Source of the DNA: Candidatus Marinacidobacterales bacterium | GTDB lineage: Bacteria; Acidobacteriota; Vicinamibacteria; Marinacidobacterales; DATDRI01 | Direction: 5' to 3' | NCBI GenBank assembly: GCA_965219415.1 | Contig: CBDCNP010000002.1 | Coordinates: 960,001-1,024,000 of the forward strand | Length of the DNA: 64,000 nt | In this document: piece by piece, positions 32,101-41,835 of the stretch | Numbering within the stretch: position 1 is the stretch's first letter | Layout of the letters: each line of letters begins with the position of its first letter | The notes under the pieces: model-generated | The model's database searches: none | Told to the model about the DNA's origin: nothing | Seen by the model: the letters and a program-made list of their open reading frames with translations, nothing else | Translations under genes and position numbers: made by a program

Positions 32101-32208
32101 GCGACGACCGCCTGCGAATGGGCGGACAAAACGTCCCCGAGACGGGCTCCTGCGCCTTGTGACGGAGGTGCTTACCGTTTTCTTAGACAACCTTGGCCTC
32201 GTTTGCAT
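26161..32208 (-). CDS. Giant secreted protein: delta-60 repeats + uncharacterised beta-rich region + C25 (gingipain-like) cysteine peptidase; several indels (~31660, 31350, 31210, 29520)
   Basis: Repeated AIQPDGKIVVAG...ARYNPDGSLD units; PTTTAVELLSF...FYELEDL module; C25 motifs YVLLLGDG, PDLAIGRLP, SYIGHG (His), TMNCLNG (Cys), YHLFGDP. Confidence 0.8.
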
Positions 32209-32500
32209 CCATCGAGGTCGGGCAGAGTAGTCACTTGGGTGCGCGCCGATCAGATGGTGTGGGTTCCCAGCGCTCGCTGGGAACTCGAAGCAAAACCTGT
32301 ACCCGAATGAAGGCTCGCCTGTGTTTGAGGTATTTCTATGATTGCAAGCAGTTACGGGGATGGCGGAGCGCCGAGGAACGACCGTTGTGGGAGATTGCCC
32401 ACGATTGTATCGAAGGATTCGGTTTCGCCCGCAACCCCTACCAAGGTGGAGGCATCCACAGAGAAGCCGATAAGGTGAAAGCGGGAGCGTTGGCTCGTGC

Positions 32501-34458
32501 TCAGGCCGGAAGCTCCGGAAGCTCATAGCTCGGATCGATCTTCATGACCTCGGCGAGGACTTTGTCCGCCCTCAATTGGAGACCTTCGGCTTGATAGAGA
32601 GCGGCGAGCGTACCGAGGTCAAGGGGGTTCTTCCGTTCCAGCTCGGCAGCGGTCTTGAGCGATTCCGCGGCGTCCTTGCGCCACTTCTTGTTCTGAAGGA
32701 GTGCAAGCCCGAGAAGATGGTGGAATCCGGCCTCCTTATCGCAGAGCTCGATGGCCCGACGGCTAAGCTGGATCGTCTGCCAGTGATCTTGAAGCTGGTA
32801 AGCTGTTTCGGCTTGGCGAAAGAGTTCGCGAGCGTACTTTTCTTTGTCGAAAGCATCCTCTTCATCGACCACCGCTGTTTTGGAGGCGGGCGGTGACACG
32901 GGGTGCGCGCTCGCAACGCGTATCGGCTGCGCCCCACGGCGGGCCTCGGCTCCTTCCTTCCGCTCGGAAAAGACCGCGAACGCCTCGGCGGCGAGCACCA
33001 GAAGGTGAGAAAGCTTGTCGCGAAGATCGGGATCGGTAACCGCCGAATGCCGGTCCGGATGATAACGCAGCACGCGCTCACGATAGGCTTTCTTGATTTG
33101 GGTGAGGTCGGCGTTCTCGTCGACTCCCAGGACCTTCGCCGGATGGTCCTTTGCCGCAGCGATGAGCGTCTCGACCTCTTGGCGCAGCGCTTGGTCCGCG
33201 GGGTCCTCCATTTTCACCGGTTCGTTCGCCCTACCACTCGCCTTCTCTTCGTCTCTTCGTCTCTTGCGGTCTAGGCGGGTGTGGGTTTCGCGCCGGCCTC
33301 ACGAAGACGGACCAGCCCCTTTTCCAGCATGCCGAGCAGAGCCCGCGCGGTGTCCTCTTCATCCAGTGGGCTCATTGCCAAGATGTCCCGCGGTGTCGAT
33401 GTGCCGTCGATACGGGACAAAACGAAACCTTCTTACGAGGAGAGCAATACGCCTTGAAGCACATCCGAGATGGTTGGCGACAGCTCGAGGGCTCGTTCCT
33501 CCTCTCCAATCATCTTCAGCTCCCCAGGGTCCAGGGGTTCGCGGATTTCCGCCGCGGCGGGAGGCAAGACGACCGTAGCGGACGCGCTCTCGCTCTCGGC
33601 AGCCACGGCGCCGAGGGCTTCGATGAGCTCGGCACCGGAGCCGAATCGCTCACCGACATTTTTTGCTAGCGCTTTTTGAAAGACGCCATCGAGTGCCGCT
33701 GGCGCGCCGAGTTGCTTCCAATCGACGCGCGGCAGCGGATCCGGGCCCATGACGAGCCTCATCGTGTCGTTCGGACTCTTAGCTTGGAACGGCCTGACCC
33801 CGGCCAGACAAAGAAAAAGGATGCAGCCGAAGGAAAAGAGATCCGAGCGGCCGTCCACCGCCTCCCCCCGGGCCTGCTCCGGCGACATGAAACTCGGGGT
33901 GCCGGAAACCCGGTGAGGAAGGGTGAACCGACTCGCGGTCGGGGCCTGCGCCAGGCTGAAGTCGACCAGCGCCGCCCCCGCCGGGCGCTTGACGATGATG
34001 TTGACAGGCTTCACATTGCGGTGGATGACGCCGTTGTCATGAATGTAGTCGAGGCCGTTGGCGACGTGGGAGAACACGTCGATGCACTCGGAGAGCCCGA
34101 GGCGTTTTTTGGCCTCCAGCACTGTATGCAAGGTGTCCCCTTCGATATGGGCCATGACTACGAAGGCGCTCGCTGGCTTGGTGACGACATCGAAGATCGG
34201 CACAATGGCCGGATGGCTGAGGTGCGATGTGACCTCGGCGTCTCGATGGAATCGCGTCTTCTGTATTTCCAAGGCCTTGGATCCCGCCGACGCGTCGAAG
34301 AAGACGCACTTGATGGCGACCTTTCGACCTAGAATGGCGTCTTCGGCCTCGTAGAGACTGCTCATGCCCTTGCCTCCGGTGAAGGCCAGGATCCGATGCC
34401 GGTCGGAAAGCGCGTCTTCGATGATCTCGAACGACGCACGGACAGAAGCAGCACTCAT
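32501..34458 (-). pseudogene. Ser/Thr kinase-like + linker + J-domain + TPR protein, split by in-frame stops and a frameshift
   Basis: VAIK, HRNVKP, DFSLA, GTPSFMSPEQ, SDLFSFG. After TAA (33433-35) the frame continues EGFVLSRIDGTSTPRDILAMSPL. J-domain IKKAYRERVLRYHPDR and TPR lie in 32501-33217. Confidence 0.7.
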
Positions 34459-34672
34459 GGTCTTTCTCAGTGTCGGTATGAGTGCACATCACGCAAGAAT
34501 CGTGCCTCAACTGAGGCGCCCCCCCGAAGCATTGATGTTCTTTCGATTCTCGCACTTACGGGCTTCACCGACCTACAAACGGATCGGTCACTCAATGGGA
34601 AATCCCCACACTGCGGAAATCCGACCCATCCTTATTGCAGGCGTGAGTCGAGGTGGGGGCGAGGTGTTTCGA

Positions 34673-34882
34673 TCAATGAGTCGGGCTGGGCGGCAAATTA
34701 GTCCTAGGCACGATCTCGTTTGCGCGCACTTCTCCGCGCACCGTCAACAGGTCGCGGACCATCTCGGCGAACTGGATCAAGCCTTGGTCGGTCATTCTGG
34801 TCAGATCGACCCCGGAATAATACCGCCCGGTAGCGTTATAGATGCACTGATTGATCTGCTGGATAAAGGATTCGCGGTTCAT
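34673..34882 (-). CDS. Small hypothetical protein (69 aa)
   Basis: MNRESFIQQINQCIYNATGRYYSGVDL... in an otherwise empty intergenic region, G-rich stretch just upstream; no family recognised. Confidence 0.3.
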   Translation of the reverse strand: MNRESFIQQINQCIYNATGRYYSGVDLTRMTDQGLIQFAEMVRDLLTVRGEVRANEIVPRTNLPPSPTH

Positions 34883-35171
34883 GATTCCCCCGAAGGGACC
34901 ATCCTGGTCCCACGAACAGCCAGCGATGAGACTGGCAAAAGTACATTGGCATATTGGACAGAGCGACATGGGGGTCGGTACCCTGTCGCTGGTACTTGGG
35001 GGGGAAGGTAGAAATACCTTTTTCCCCGAAAAATGTCAAGCTGGCCTCCCGCCTGGAACATCCGTCACCGAAGCGGGGTTGAGTTCTTTTTACAACACCG
35101 TGCCGCGTCCGACCCAATGTTGGCGCAAAACGTCATAACGAAGAAATCCACCCACGAGAAGTACAAAACAT

Positions 35172-35201
35172 TTGTCAGGGTCCCTGATCACGTGGTAATC
35201 T
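35172..35201 (+). promoter_or_regulatory. Candidate sigma70 promoter for the DHH gene
   Basis: TTGTCA-N18-TAATCT with TG just upstream of the -10; AAGGGGGG SD before the ATG at 35238. Confidence 0.35.
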
Positions 35202-35584
35202 ATTTCCACACGCCGGAAAATAAAAAGGGGGGAAGCCATGCGCCTCGTCACGCGCGGCAATTTCGACGGTCTAACCTGTGCCGTGATCACCACCGAGTCG
35301 GAGTCGATAGACTCGATTGAGCTCATCCATCCTCAGGACATCACGGACAACCGCTTCGCGGTGCAGGAAGGTGACATTGTGGCCAACCTGCCGTATCACG
35401 CTAAGTGCGCCAAATGGTTCGATCACCACGCAACCACCCGCACCTATAGCGAGCCGCCAACGAAGTTCGAGGGGAAATACGGGCTGGAAGCAAGCGCAGC
35501 TCGACTCGTCTACGAGTATTACCGCGAGAAGAATCCCGACCTGGAACGGTTTGACCCGCTAGTAAAAGAGACGGACCGCTTCGA

Positions 35585-37044
35585 GGGGATGTCCCGGCCG
35601 CTGTTGAATTTGGTCGGGTAGCGGCGGCACCTGTGAATACTCTTAGGCAGCAAACTCATCGCTGTCAAGAGATTTCTGTTTGCTTCTAAGCGCGTGAACG
35701 AGAGCGCCCATATGGCGATAGCCTTTGATACGCCGGAACTTTTTCTGCGCGGTGACGACGCCAAGAGCGGTCCATCGGCGAACCATGGAAGGACTCTTCC
35801 AACGCTTGAGGTTTCTCGATACTCTGCGAATGGTTCCGTTGAGATTCTCAATGGCGTTCGTCGTGGCAAGAGACTGGCGAAGTAAGGCGGGCAGCGCGAG
35901 CTTCACGACCGTGAGTGTCTCTTCCATCCCTTCACGAAGGCTTCCGGCAGCTTCGTCGTAGCCGTTTCGCTCGAGCCACGACACCAATGCCTGAAGTCGC
36001 TTGCGCGCCTTGTCGGCACTCTTGCACTTGTAGGCTTCCTTCATCGTCTGGAGCACGTAGGCGTGACGAGACTTGGGAAGGTACGAGCGAAGATTCCGGA
36101 GTTTATGGATCTGGCACCTTTGGATGACCGCGAGGTCCCCCAAAACGTCGACGAGTGCCTTGCGGATGCCTTTGCCTCCGTCCACTACGCAGAGAATCGA
36201 CTCATCGACGCGCAAGCCCCGCTCGAGAAGGTCCTGCAACATCGCGGTGCACACCCGAGAGTTCTCCGTCGAGCCCAGCCATATACCCAGGGGCACCTTC
36301 GTTCCATCTATTGTGATACCTAGAGTTACGACGACGGTCTGTCCGGCCACCTCAAGGCCATCCAGCATCAGTGCCGCAAGCTCGAACTCCTCTAGCCGCC
36401 GAGACAGGTATTCCTCGAGCTTCTTAGTCGTCTGGCTCACGAGGTGACGGCTGGCGGCACTCTTACTCGTGCCACGAGACTTCAACTTGGCCGCGGGTTT
36501 GTCCAGACTCGATTCGTAATTTCGGGTCGATACCCCCACCAAGATCTGATTCAACGCTCGCTCTGGAAGCGGGTCTTCTTCGCGGAAGGCTTCGAAGTGT
36601 GGAAGCGACGCCTCCTCGCCCGACTTCGAGCGAACTCGAGGTCGCGACACTTGGATGCGACGACCACCGAAGCTCAGCTCTCCGTTCGTGCTCACCCAGT
36701 GGTTATGAGTTCGCTCCTTCTCGTGCTTGCCCTTGAGCCCCGCGATCTCCTCGGCGTCCTCTCTGAGCAGTAGGTGCAGAGCTGTCAGTCCTTGCTCGTA
36801 CACCCATTCCGTCAGTTCCGCCTTCGTGGCCGCGATCCCAGCTATCATCGGTAGCAGTATCTGACCGACTTGGCCAACTACCTTGCCCGTAGGCGAGTGC
36901 GTTTGCTTTCTTACTGGCTTCTTTGATTTCCTAGGCATTGGTGGCTCCTTGTCCCCCTCTGGAGACGGTTGTTTGGCAGACCTATTCTTAGGCCGGCCAA
37001 GGAGCCGCCGCTACCCCAAATTCAACATCCGGCGGGACATCCCC
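35585..37044 (-). mobile_element. IS256 family insertion sequence, 1460 bp
   Basis: TIRs GGGGATGTCCCGGCCGCTGTTGAATTTGG / revcomp GGGGATGTCCCGCCGGATGTTGAATTTGG; 8-bp TSD CGCTTCGA at 35577-84 and 37045-52. Confidence 0.95.
35643..36938 (-). CDS. IS256 family (Mutator-type) transposase
   Basis: GVSTR, LMLDG, VVDGGKG, QRCQIHKLRN, TTNAIENLN (DDE plus CxxH). Confidence 0.95.
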   Translation of the reverse strand: MPRKSKKPVRKQTHSPTGKVVGQVGQILLPMIAGIAATKAELTEWVYEQGLTALHLLLREDAEEIAGLKGKHEKERTHNHWVSTNGELSFGGRRIQVSRPRVRSKSGEEASLPHFEAFREEDPLPERALNQILVGVSTRNYESSLDKPAAKLKSRGTSKSAASRHLVSQTTKKLEEYLSRRLEEFELAALMLDGLEVAGQTVVVTLGITIDGTKVPLGIWLGSTENSRVCTAMLQDLLERGLRVDESILCVVDGGKGIRKALVDVLGDLAVIQRCQIHKLRNLRSYLPKSRHAYVLQTMKEAYKCKSADKARKRLQALVSWLERNGYDEAAGSLREGMEETLTVVKLALPALLRQSLATTNAIENLNGTIRRVSRNLKRWKSPSMVRRWTALGVVTAQKKFRRIKGYRHMGALVHALRSKQKSLDSDEFAA

Positions 37045-37639
37045 CGCTTCGACGGCGCGAACTTGAGCGTTGAGGACGTGACCGCTCCTCAGGGCTACAT
37101 CTTGCTCGCTTACACATTGGATCCGCGAAGTGGTCTGGGAGATTTCAAACAATACTTCTTGAACCTAGTGGACCAGTTGAAACGGCTCTCGATCGATGAG
37201 CTGCTAGAACAGCAAGAGGTTAAGGAGCGCATCGAGCGAATTTCAAACGACCGAGAGGCCTTTCTCGATGTGATGGCTCGCGCTTCTCGGCAAATCGGAA
37301 ACGTCATCGTGACCGATCTGCGAAAGACGGACAAAATCCCTGCTGGAAACCGGTTCCTGATATACACGCTCTTCCCGGAAGCCAATGTGTCTCTTCGAAT
37401 CGCGTGGGGTCCCGGGCGCAAGTTTGTGGTGGCGACGGTCGGCCACAGCATCTTCAATCGGACCTGCCCGGTACCCGTCGGCGAGCTAATGGCGAAGTAT
37501 GGAGGCGGAGGACACAACGGGGCAGGAGCGACACCTCTGAGCGTTGACGAGGCCGAAAAGCTGATCGAGGAGATGATCGAGGGGCTGCAAGGCGTGGCAT
37601 CGACGACAGGCTAAGCGTGGCTCCTTGCTGTTGCTCCTC

Positions 37640-37895
37640 TTCGAAACCGGCAAAGGGCGACGAGGGGCTGAAATCGCACGCCGCAACGGCGAATGTCTCG
37701 ATCGTGTTAATGCTAGAAGACGATACGGTAACGCTGGTCGAAGAAACCCGCGTAGGCAGCGACGGGGTTGTCGTTGAAGGAACCATCAACGATGACGACA
37801 GCTCTGATGACCAAAGCGATGACGACAGCGAGAGCGAGGACAGCCAGAGCGGGGACTCTGACGACGACAACTCGGACGACACAAGCAGCGGTTAA
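37640..37895 (+). pseudogene. Acidic Asp/Ser-rich C-terminal gene remnant
   Basis: ...GVVVEGTINDDDSSDDQSDDDSESEDSQSGDSDDDNSDDTSSG*; no credible start or SD. Confidence 0.35.
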
Positions 37896-38000
37896 GCTCG
37901 CCCGCACAGAGCGGGGACATTGCGCAGTTTCGGACGAATTGCGCAACACGATGGAAGTATGCCTTGCCAATCTCCAACTGCCGGTGCGGCCGCCTAGTAA

Positions 38001-38025
38001 GCTGTACCAACTCCGTTGGTACAGC
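38001..38025. terminator. Perfect 11-bp stem-loop
   Basis: GCTGTACCAAC-tcc-GTTGGTACAGC followed by CTCTCTT. Confidence 0.5.
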
Positions 38026-38033
38026 CTCTCTTG

Positions 38034-38153
38034 CCTCTCCCCCGACCGCGGGGGAGAGGTCGTCCGCCGAAGGCGGGCGGGTGCGGGGGCTTTTCGAAAG
38101 ATGGCTTGCCTCCGTTACTCCCTCTCCCTCAGGGAGAGGGCCGAGGTGAGGGT
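38034..38153. repeat. Two BoxC-like CCTCTCCC/GGGAGAGG palindromic elements
   Basis: CCTCTCCCCCGACCGCGGGGGAGAGG...GGGTGCGGGGG and CCCTCTCCCTCAGGGAGAGGGCCGAGGTGAGGG; same family as 21498 and 43388. Confidence 0.8.
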
Positions 38154-38299
38154 GGTTGTGGACAGATGCGATGAAGTCCAGTATCGATTTCATTGTTACA
38201 GTCACTAGGAAGAGCGGCAGCTCTCCGCAGGACTCAAGTGCACCTCGCCATCTGCAAGGTCCAGGACCTGCTCGGAGGGCGTGTTTCGAGCCCTCGGCT

Positions 38300-38624
38300 C
38301 GCTTGAAGTTCACTTGGATCTATACGACGCGGCCATCCTGCTTGTCCGAGGCCCGCTTGATTCAACGTTCATGCCCCGTCCACTCACCACTCGACTCATG
38401 GTAGGAGGTTGGACTTGCTCCGCCTTAGCTAACTCTCCCAATGTGGCAGACCCGCGAACACGACCGCGGATAACGCCGAAAGGCGTGCCGGCCCAATACT
38501 CGCAACCGCGTCCTCCCAGCGAAGGCGCCTGAGAAGATGAACAGCGGCGGCGTCAAGCCGGTCGGCGACTTCCGAGAGTGACGTCTTGGTGGAACGAGTT
38601 TTTCTCGAGGGGATCTCTTGACAT
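38300..38624 (-). pseudogene. Degraded MarR regulator, paralogue of 23930-24400 (absent from the ORF track)
   Basis: Manual translation: EVADRLDAAAVHLLRRLRWED...GPARLSALSAVVFAG [fs] ATLGELAKAEQVQPPTMSRVVSG...DKQDGRVV*. Confidence 0.75.
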
Positions 38625-38740
38625 AGCTGGTTTGGCTAAATAGGGTTATTGGCTGTGCTAACAAACTTATCAAGGGAGGTAGGATAGTGGGGGCTCGGGA
38701 AAATGTATTTCAAGCGATTCGCGAGGGTAACGCAGTCAAA

Positions 38741-40294
38741 ATGATCGCTAGATTTGGACTGCTCTTTATTATGTTGTCGATCGCTGTTCTAGAAAGCTTT
38801 GCCCAAGAGAGTGTCGATGTCGAAGTGGTTGCCCGCATCAAAGAGGAGGCTTACCAGCACTCTCAGGTTTACGACACCCTGAGTTACTTGACCGACGTTT
38901 ACGGCCCTAGACTCGGTGGCAGCCGGGCCTATCAAGAAGCGGCGGAGTGGGCCAAGCAACGCCTGATCGGCTGGGGGGTCGACAACGCGAGGATCGAGAC
39001 CTTCGGCGAGGACATGCGAGGCTGGGATGTCGAATCCTACTCTGTCGAGATGATCTCGCCCCGCTACATGAACATCACAGCCATGCCCTTCGGCTGGTCG
39101 GACAGCACCGACGGCGAAGTTGTCGGTGAGCCGCTGCTGGTTGATGTCGAGTCTCGAGAAGCACTTCAGGCCTTGTCAGACCAGTTGCGCGGAAAGATCT
39201 TGATGTCGCCAGAGATCCGTTCCGAGTCCGACTATCCCGAAGGTCAGCATACGGACGAAAAGCTGGCCAATGCGAGAAGCCATATCAATCCCAACAACAT
39301 TGATGGATTGGACAATTCGGGGCTCAGCCCCTACGTGGAACACCTAAGGAGGCGTCTGCGCCAAGGACAATCGCAAGGCGACCGGCTTCAAGAATTCCTT
39401 TTGAATGAAGGCGTCGCGGCCGTCATCGTCGGGAGCAGCAGAGAACCCGGCACGCTGAACACCCCTCACTTCCGCTCCTTCAACAAAGTCGGCCGCATCA
39501 AGCCGGTGCCCCATTTCGTGATTAGCCGGGAACAGCAGGGGCGAATGATTCGCATGATGGAGAGGGGCGCCAAGGTGGAATTGAAGCTCCACCTGAAAAC
39601 CTCCTACAACACCGACGCCGCGAACTACACCAACATCATCGCTGAAATACCTGGGACCGACAGCGCGCTAAGAGAACAACTGGTGCTGGTCGGCGGGCAT
39701 TTCGATTCGAATCATGGGAGCACAGGGGCCGCTGACAATGGTGCGGGTTCCGCGGTTACGATGGAAGTCCTGCGGATCATGAAGACACTCGGGGTCAAGC
39801 CCAGGCGCACGATACGCCTGGTGCTCTGGGGCGGCGAGGAGCAGGGCCACTTGGGCTCGCTAGCCTACCTCGACAAGTATGTGGGCAACATCTTCACCGG
39901 AGAAGACAGAGGCGAGCTTGCTCGCATCTCGGTCTATTTTAATCACGACAACAACGGCCACAAGATCCGCGGCATCCTCACCCAGGGCAACGAGCCCATT
40001 CGGCCGATCTTCGAGCGCTATCTCGAGCCCTTCCACTATGTCGGAGCGAAATGGGTAGTCGTGGAAAACGCCGGCGGTACCGACCACCTGGGATTCGATG
40101 CACTGAACATACCCGCTTTCGAATGGATCCAAGATCCCGAACACTACTTCAAGACCCAGATCCACACCAATATGGATGTGCTCGACTTTATTGCGGAGGA
40201 CACGCTAAAGCACAATGCAGCGATCATCACCACCTTCGTCTATCACGCCGCCATGCGCGACGAAATGATGCCTCGAAAGAAAGCCCTCGAATAG
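38741..40294 (+). CDS. Secreted M28 family metallopeptidase (paralogue 1)
   Basis: LTDVYGPRL, GGHFDS, GAADNGAG, WGGEEQG, FNHDN, GTDH, IHTNMD. Confidence 0.9.
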   Translation: MIARFGLLFIMLSIAVLESFAQESVDVEVVARIKEEAYQHSQVYDTLSYLTDVYGPRLGGSRAYQEAAEWAKQRLIGWGVDNARIETFGEDMRGWDVESYSVEMISPRYMNITAMPFGWSDSTDGEVVGEPLLVDVESREALQALSDQLRGKILMSPEIRSESDYPEGQHTDEKLANARSHINPNNIDGLDNSGLSPYVEHLRRRLRQGQSQGDRLQEFLLNEGVAAVIVGSSREPGTLNTPHFRSFNKVGRIKPVPHFVISREQQGRMIRMMERGAKVELKLHLKTSYNTDAANYTNIIAEIPGTDSALREQLVLVGGHFDSNHGSTGAADNGAGSAVTMEVLRIMKTLGVKPRRTIRLVLWGGEEQGHLGSLAYLDKYVGNIFTGEDRGELARISVYFNHDNNGHKIRGILTQGNEPIRPIFERYLEPFHYVGAKWVVVENAGGTDHLGFDALNIPAFEWIQDPEHYFKTQIHTNMDVLDFIAEDTLKHNAAIITTFVYHAAMRDEMMPRKKALE

Positions 40295-41835
40295 TGACGG
40301 TCAGATCGGGGGTGTTCCTCGTTTCGTGCCTCCTTGCTCTCGAGGGCTTTTCCCAGGAGCGTTCCGACCCCAGGGTGACCGAGCGAATCAAGGAGGAAGC
40401 GTATCAGCACTCCCAAGTGATGGACACGCTGAGTTACTTGACGGATGTGTATGGCCCGCGCCTATCAGGCAGTCCCGGCTTTTACGAGGCGGCTCAGTGG
40501 GCGAAGAAGCGCCTGGAAAGCTGGGGTCTCGAAAACGTGCGCTTCGATTCGTACCGCGACGATCTCCGCGGCTGGGAAGTAGAGTCGTACTCCGTCGAGA
40601 TGATAGCGCCCCGCTATATGAACATCACCGCGCTCCCCGACGCCTGGACCAGCGGCACCGACGGTGAAGTTGTCGGCTCCCCGGTCGTCGTCGATCACAG
40701 TTCGTTGGCCGCCTTGCATGAACTGAGTGGCCAGCTGCGGGGGAAGATACTTCTGTCGCCGGAATTTCGATCGGAGTCCGGCAATCGCGAAGGACTCTTC
40801 ACCGACGAAGAATTGGCCCTTTCGGAGAGCCGCATCAACCCGACGAATGCGCGCGGCCTGAGTGCCGACAACGTGCCGCCGTCGATGGAAATGATACGCG
40901 GCAGAATCAATCGGGATGAGTCCGAGACCGATCCGATCAACCAGTTCCTACTGGATGAAGGTGTGGCCGCGGTCATCCGGGGAAGCAGGAAGGCGCCCGG
41001 GGTACTGGATGCCCGGCAGCAGCGTTTCAGCATAAAGGGGCAGATGAAGCCGGTGCCCCATTTTGTGATCAGCAAGGAGCAGCACGGCAGAATGATCCGC
41101 ATGCTCGAGAGAAATACGGACATCACTCTGAAGCTTCATTTGAGTGTCAAGTTCAACGAAAACCCCGAATACCACACCAATCTCTTGGCTGATATTCCGG
41201 GCACCGACCCCAACTTGAAGGAGCAGTTGGTTCTCGTCGGTGGCCATTTAGATTCGTATCACAGTGGGACGGGTGCCGCGGATAATGGCGCGGGTTCGGC
41301 CACCAATATGGAAGCCGTTCGCGTCCTGAAGACCCTCGACATTCAACCCCGACGAACCATACGTCTCGTGCTTTGGGGTGGCGAAGAGCAGGGGTTTCGG
41401 GGTTCGCTCGGGTATATCGAGAAATACGTCGGCGACATTCTTACCGGCGAAGACAAGGGAGAATTGTCGCTGATCTCGATTTATTTCAATCACGACAACA
41501 ACGGCCACCGGATCCGGGGGATCTTCACCCAAGGCAATGAGTCCATTCGCCCAACCATGGAAAGCTATTTTGAGCCGTTTCACGCTGTGGGCGCCGAAAC
41601 AGTGTCCATCGAGCTCAGCTGCTGCACCGACAACGTGGGCTTCGACGCCCTCAACATCCCCGCATACTCATGGATTCAGGATCTGGAGCACTATTTCACG
41701 ACGCAAATCCATACCAATATGGATGTCGTGGACTACGTGTCCGAAGACACGCTCAAGCACAATGCCGCGATCATCGCCGCCTTCGTTTACCAATCGGCCA
41801 TGCGGGATGAAATGTTGCCGAGAAGGAAACCTTGA
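40294..41835 (+). CDS. Secreted M28 family metallopeptidase (paralogue 2)
   Basis: Same motifs (GGHLDS, GAADNGAG, WGGEEQG, HTNMD); GTG start overlapping the previous TAG; visibly similar to paralogue 1. Confidence 0.9.
   Translation: MTVRSGVFLVSCLLALEGFSQERSDPRVTERIKEEAYQHSQVMDTLSYLTDVYGPRLSGSPGFYEAAQWAKKRLESWGLENVRFDSYRDDLRGWEVESYSVEMIAPRYMNITALPDAWTSGTDGEVVGSPVVVDHSSLAALHELSGQLRGKILLSPEFRSESGNREGLFTDEELALSESRINPTNARGLSADNVPPSMEMIRGRINRDESETDPINQFLLDEGVAAVIRGSRKAPGVLDARQQRFSIKGQMKPVPHFVISKEQHGRMIRMLERNTDITLKLHLSVKFNENPEYHTNLLADIPGTDPNLKEQLVLVGGHLDSYHSGTGAADNGAGSATNMEAVRVLKTLDIQPRRTIRLVLWGGEEQGFRGSLGYIEKYVGDILTGEDKGELSLISIYFNHDNNGHRIRGIFTQGNESIRPTMESYFEPFHAVGAETVSIELSCCTDNVGFDALNIPAYSWIQDLEHYFTTQIHTNMDVVDYVSEDTLKHNAAIIAAFVYQSAMRDEMLPRRKP

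Larger units (their letters stand above)
35238..37614 (+). pseudogene. DHH family phosphoesterase ('exopolyphosphatase'-annotated type) interrupted by IS256
   Basis: RLVTRGNFDGL, ANLPY, WFDHH, SAAR | YGGGGHNGAG; removing the IS plus one TSD restores ETDRFDGANLS in frame. Confidence 0.9.

Noticed and set aside
33433-33435. Stop-codon read-through or recoding in the kinase-DnaJ gene
   Set aside because: TAA, TAG and TGA all act as normal stops elsewhere in the window, and the gene also has a second stop and a frameshift, so decay is simpler.
34930-34965. Sigma-54 promoter (TGGCA... motifs)
   Set aside because: The GG-N10-GC spacing is not met.
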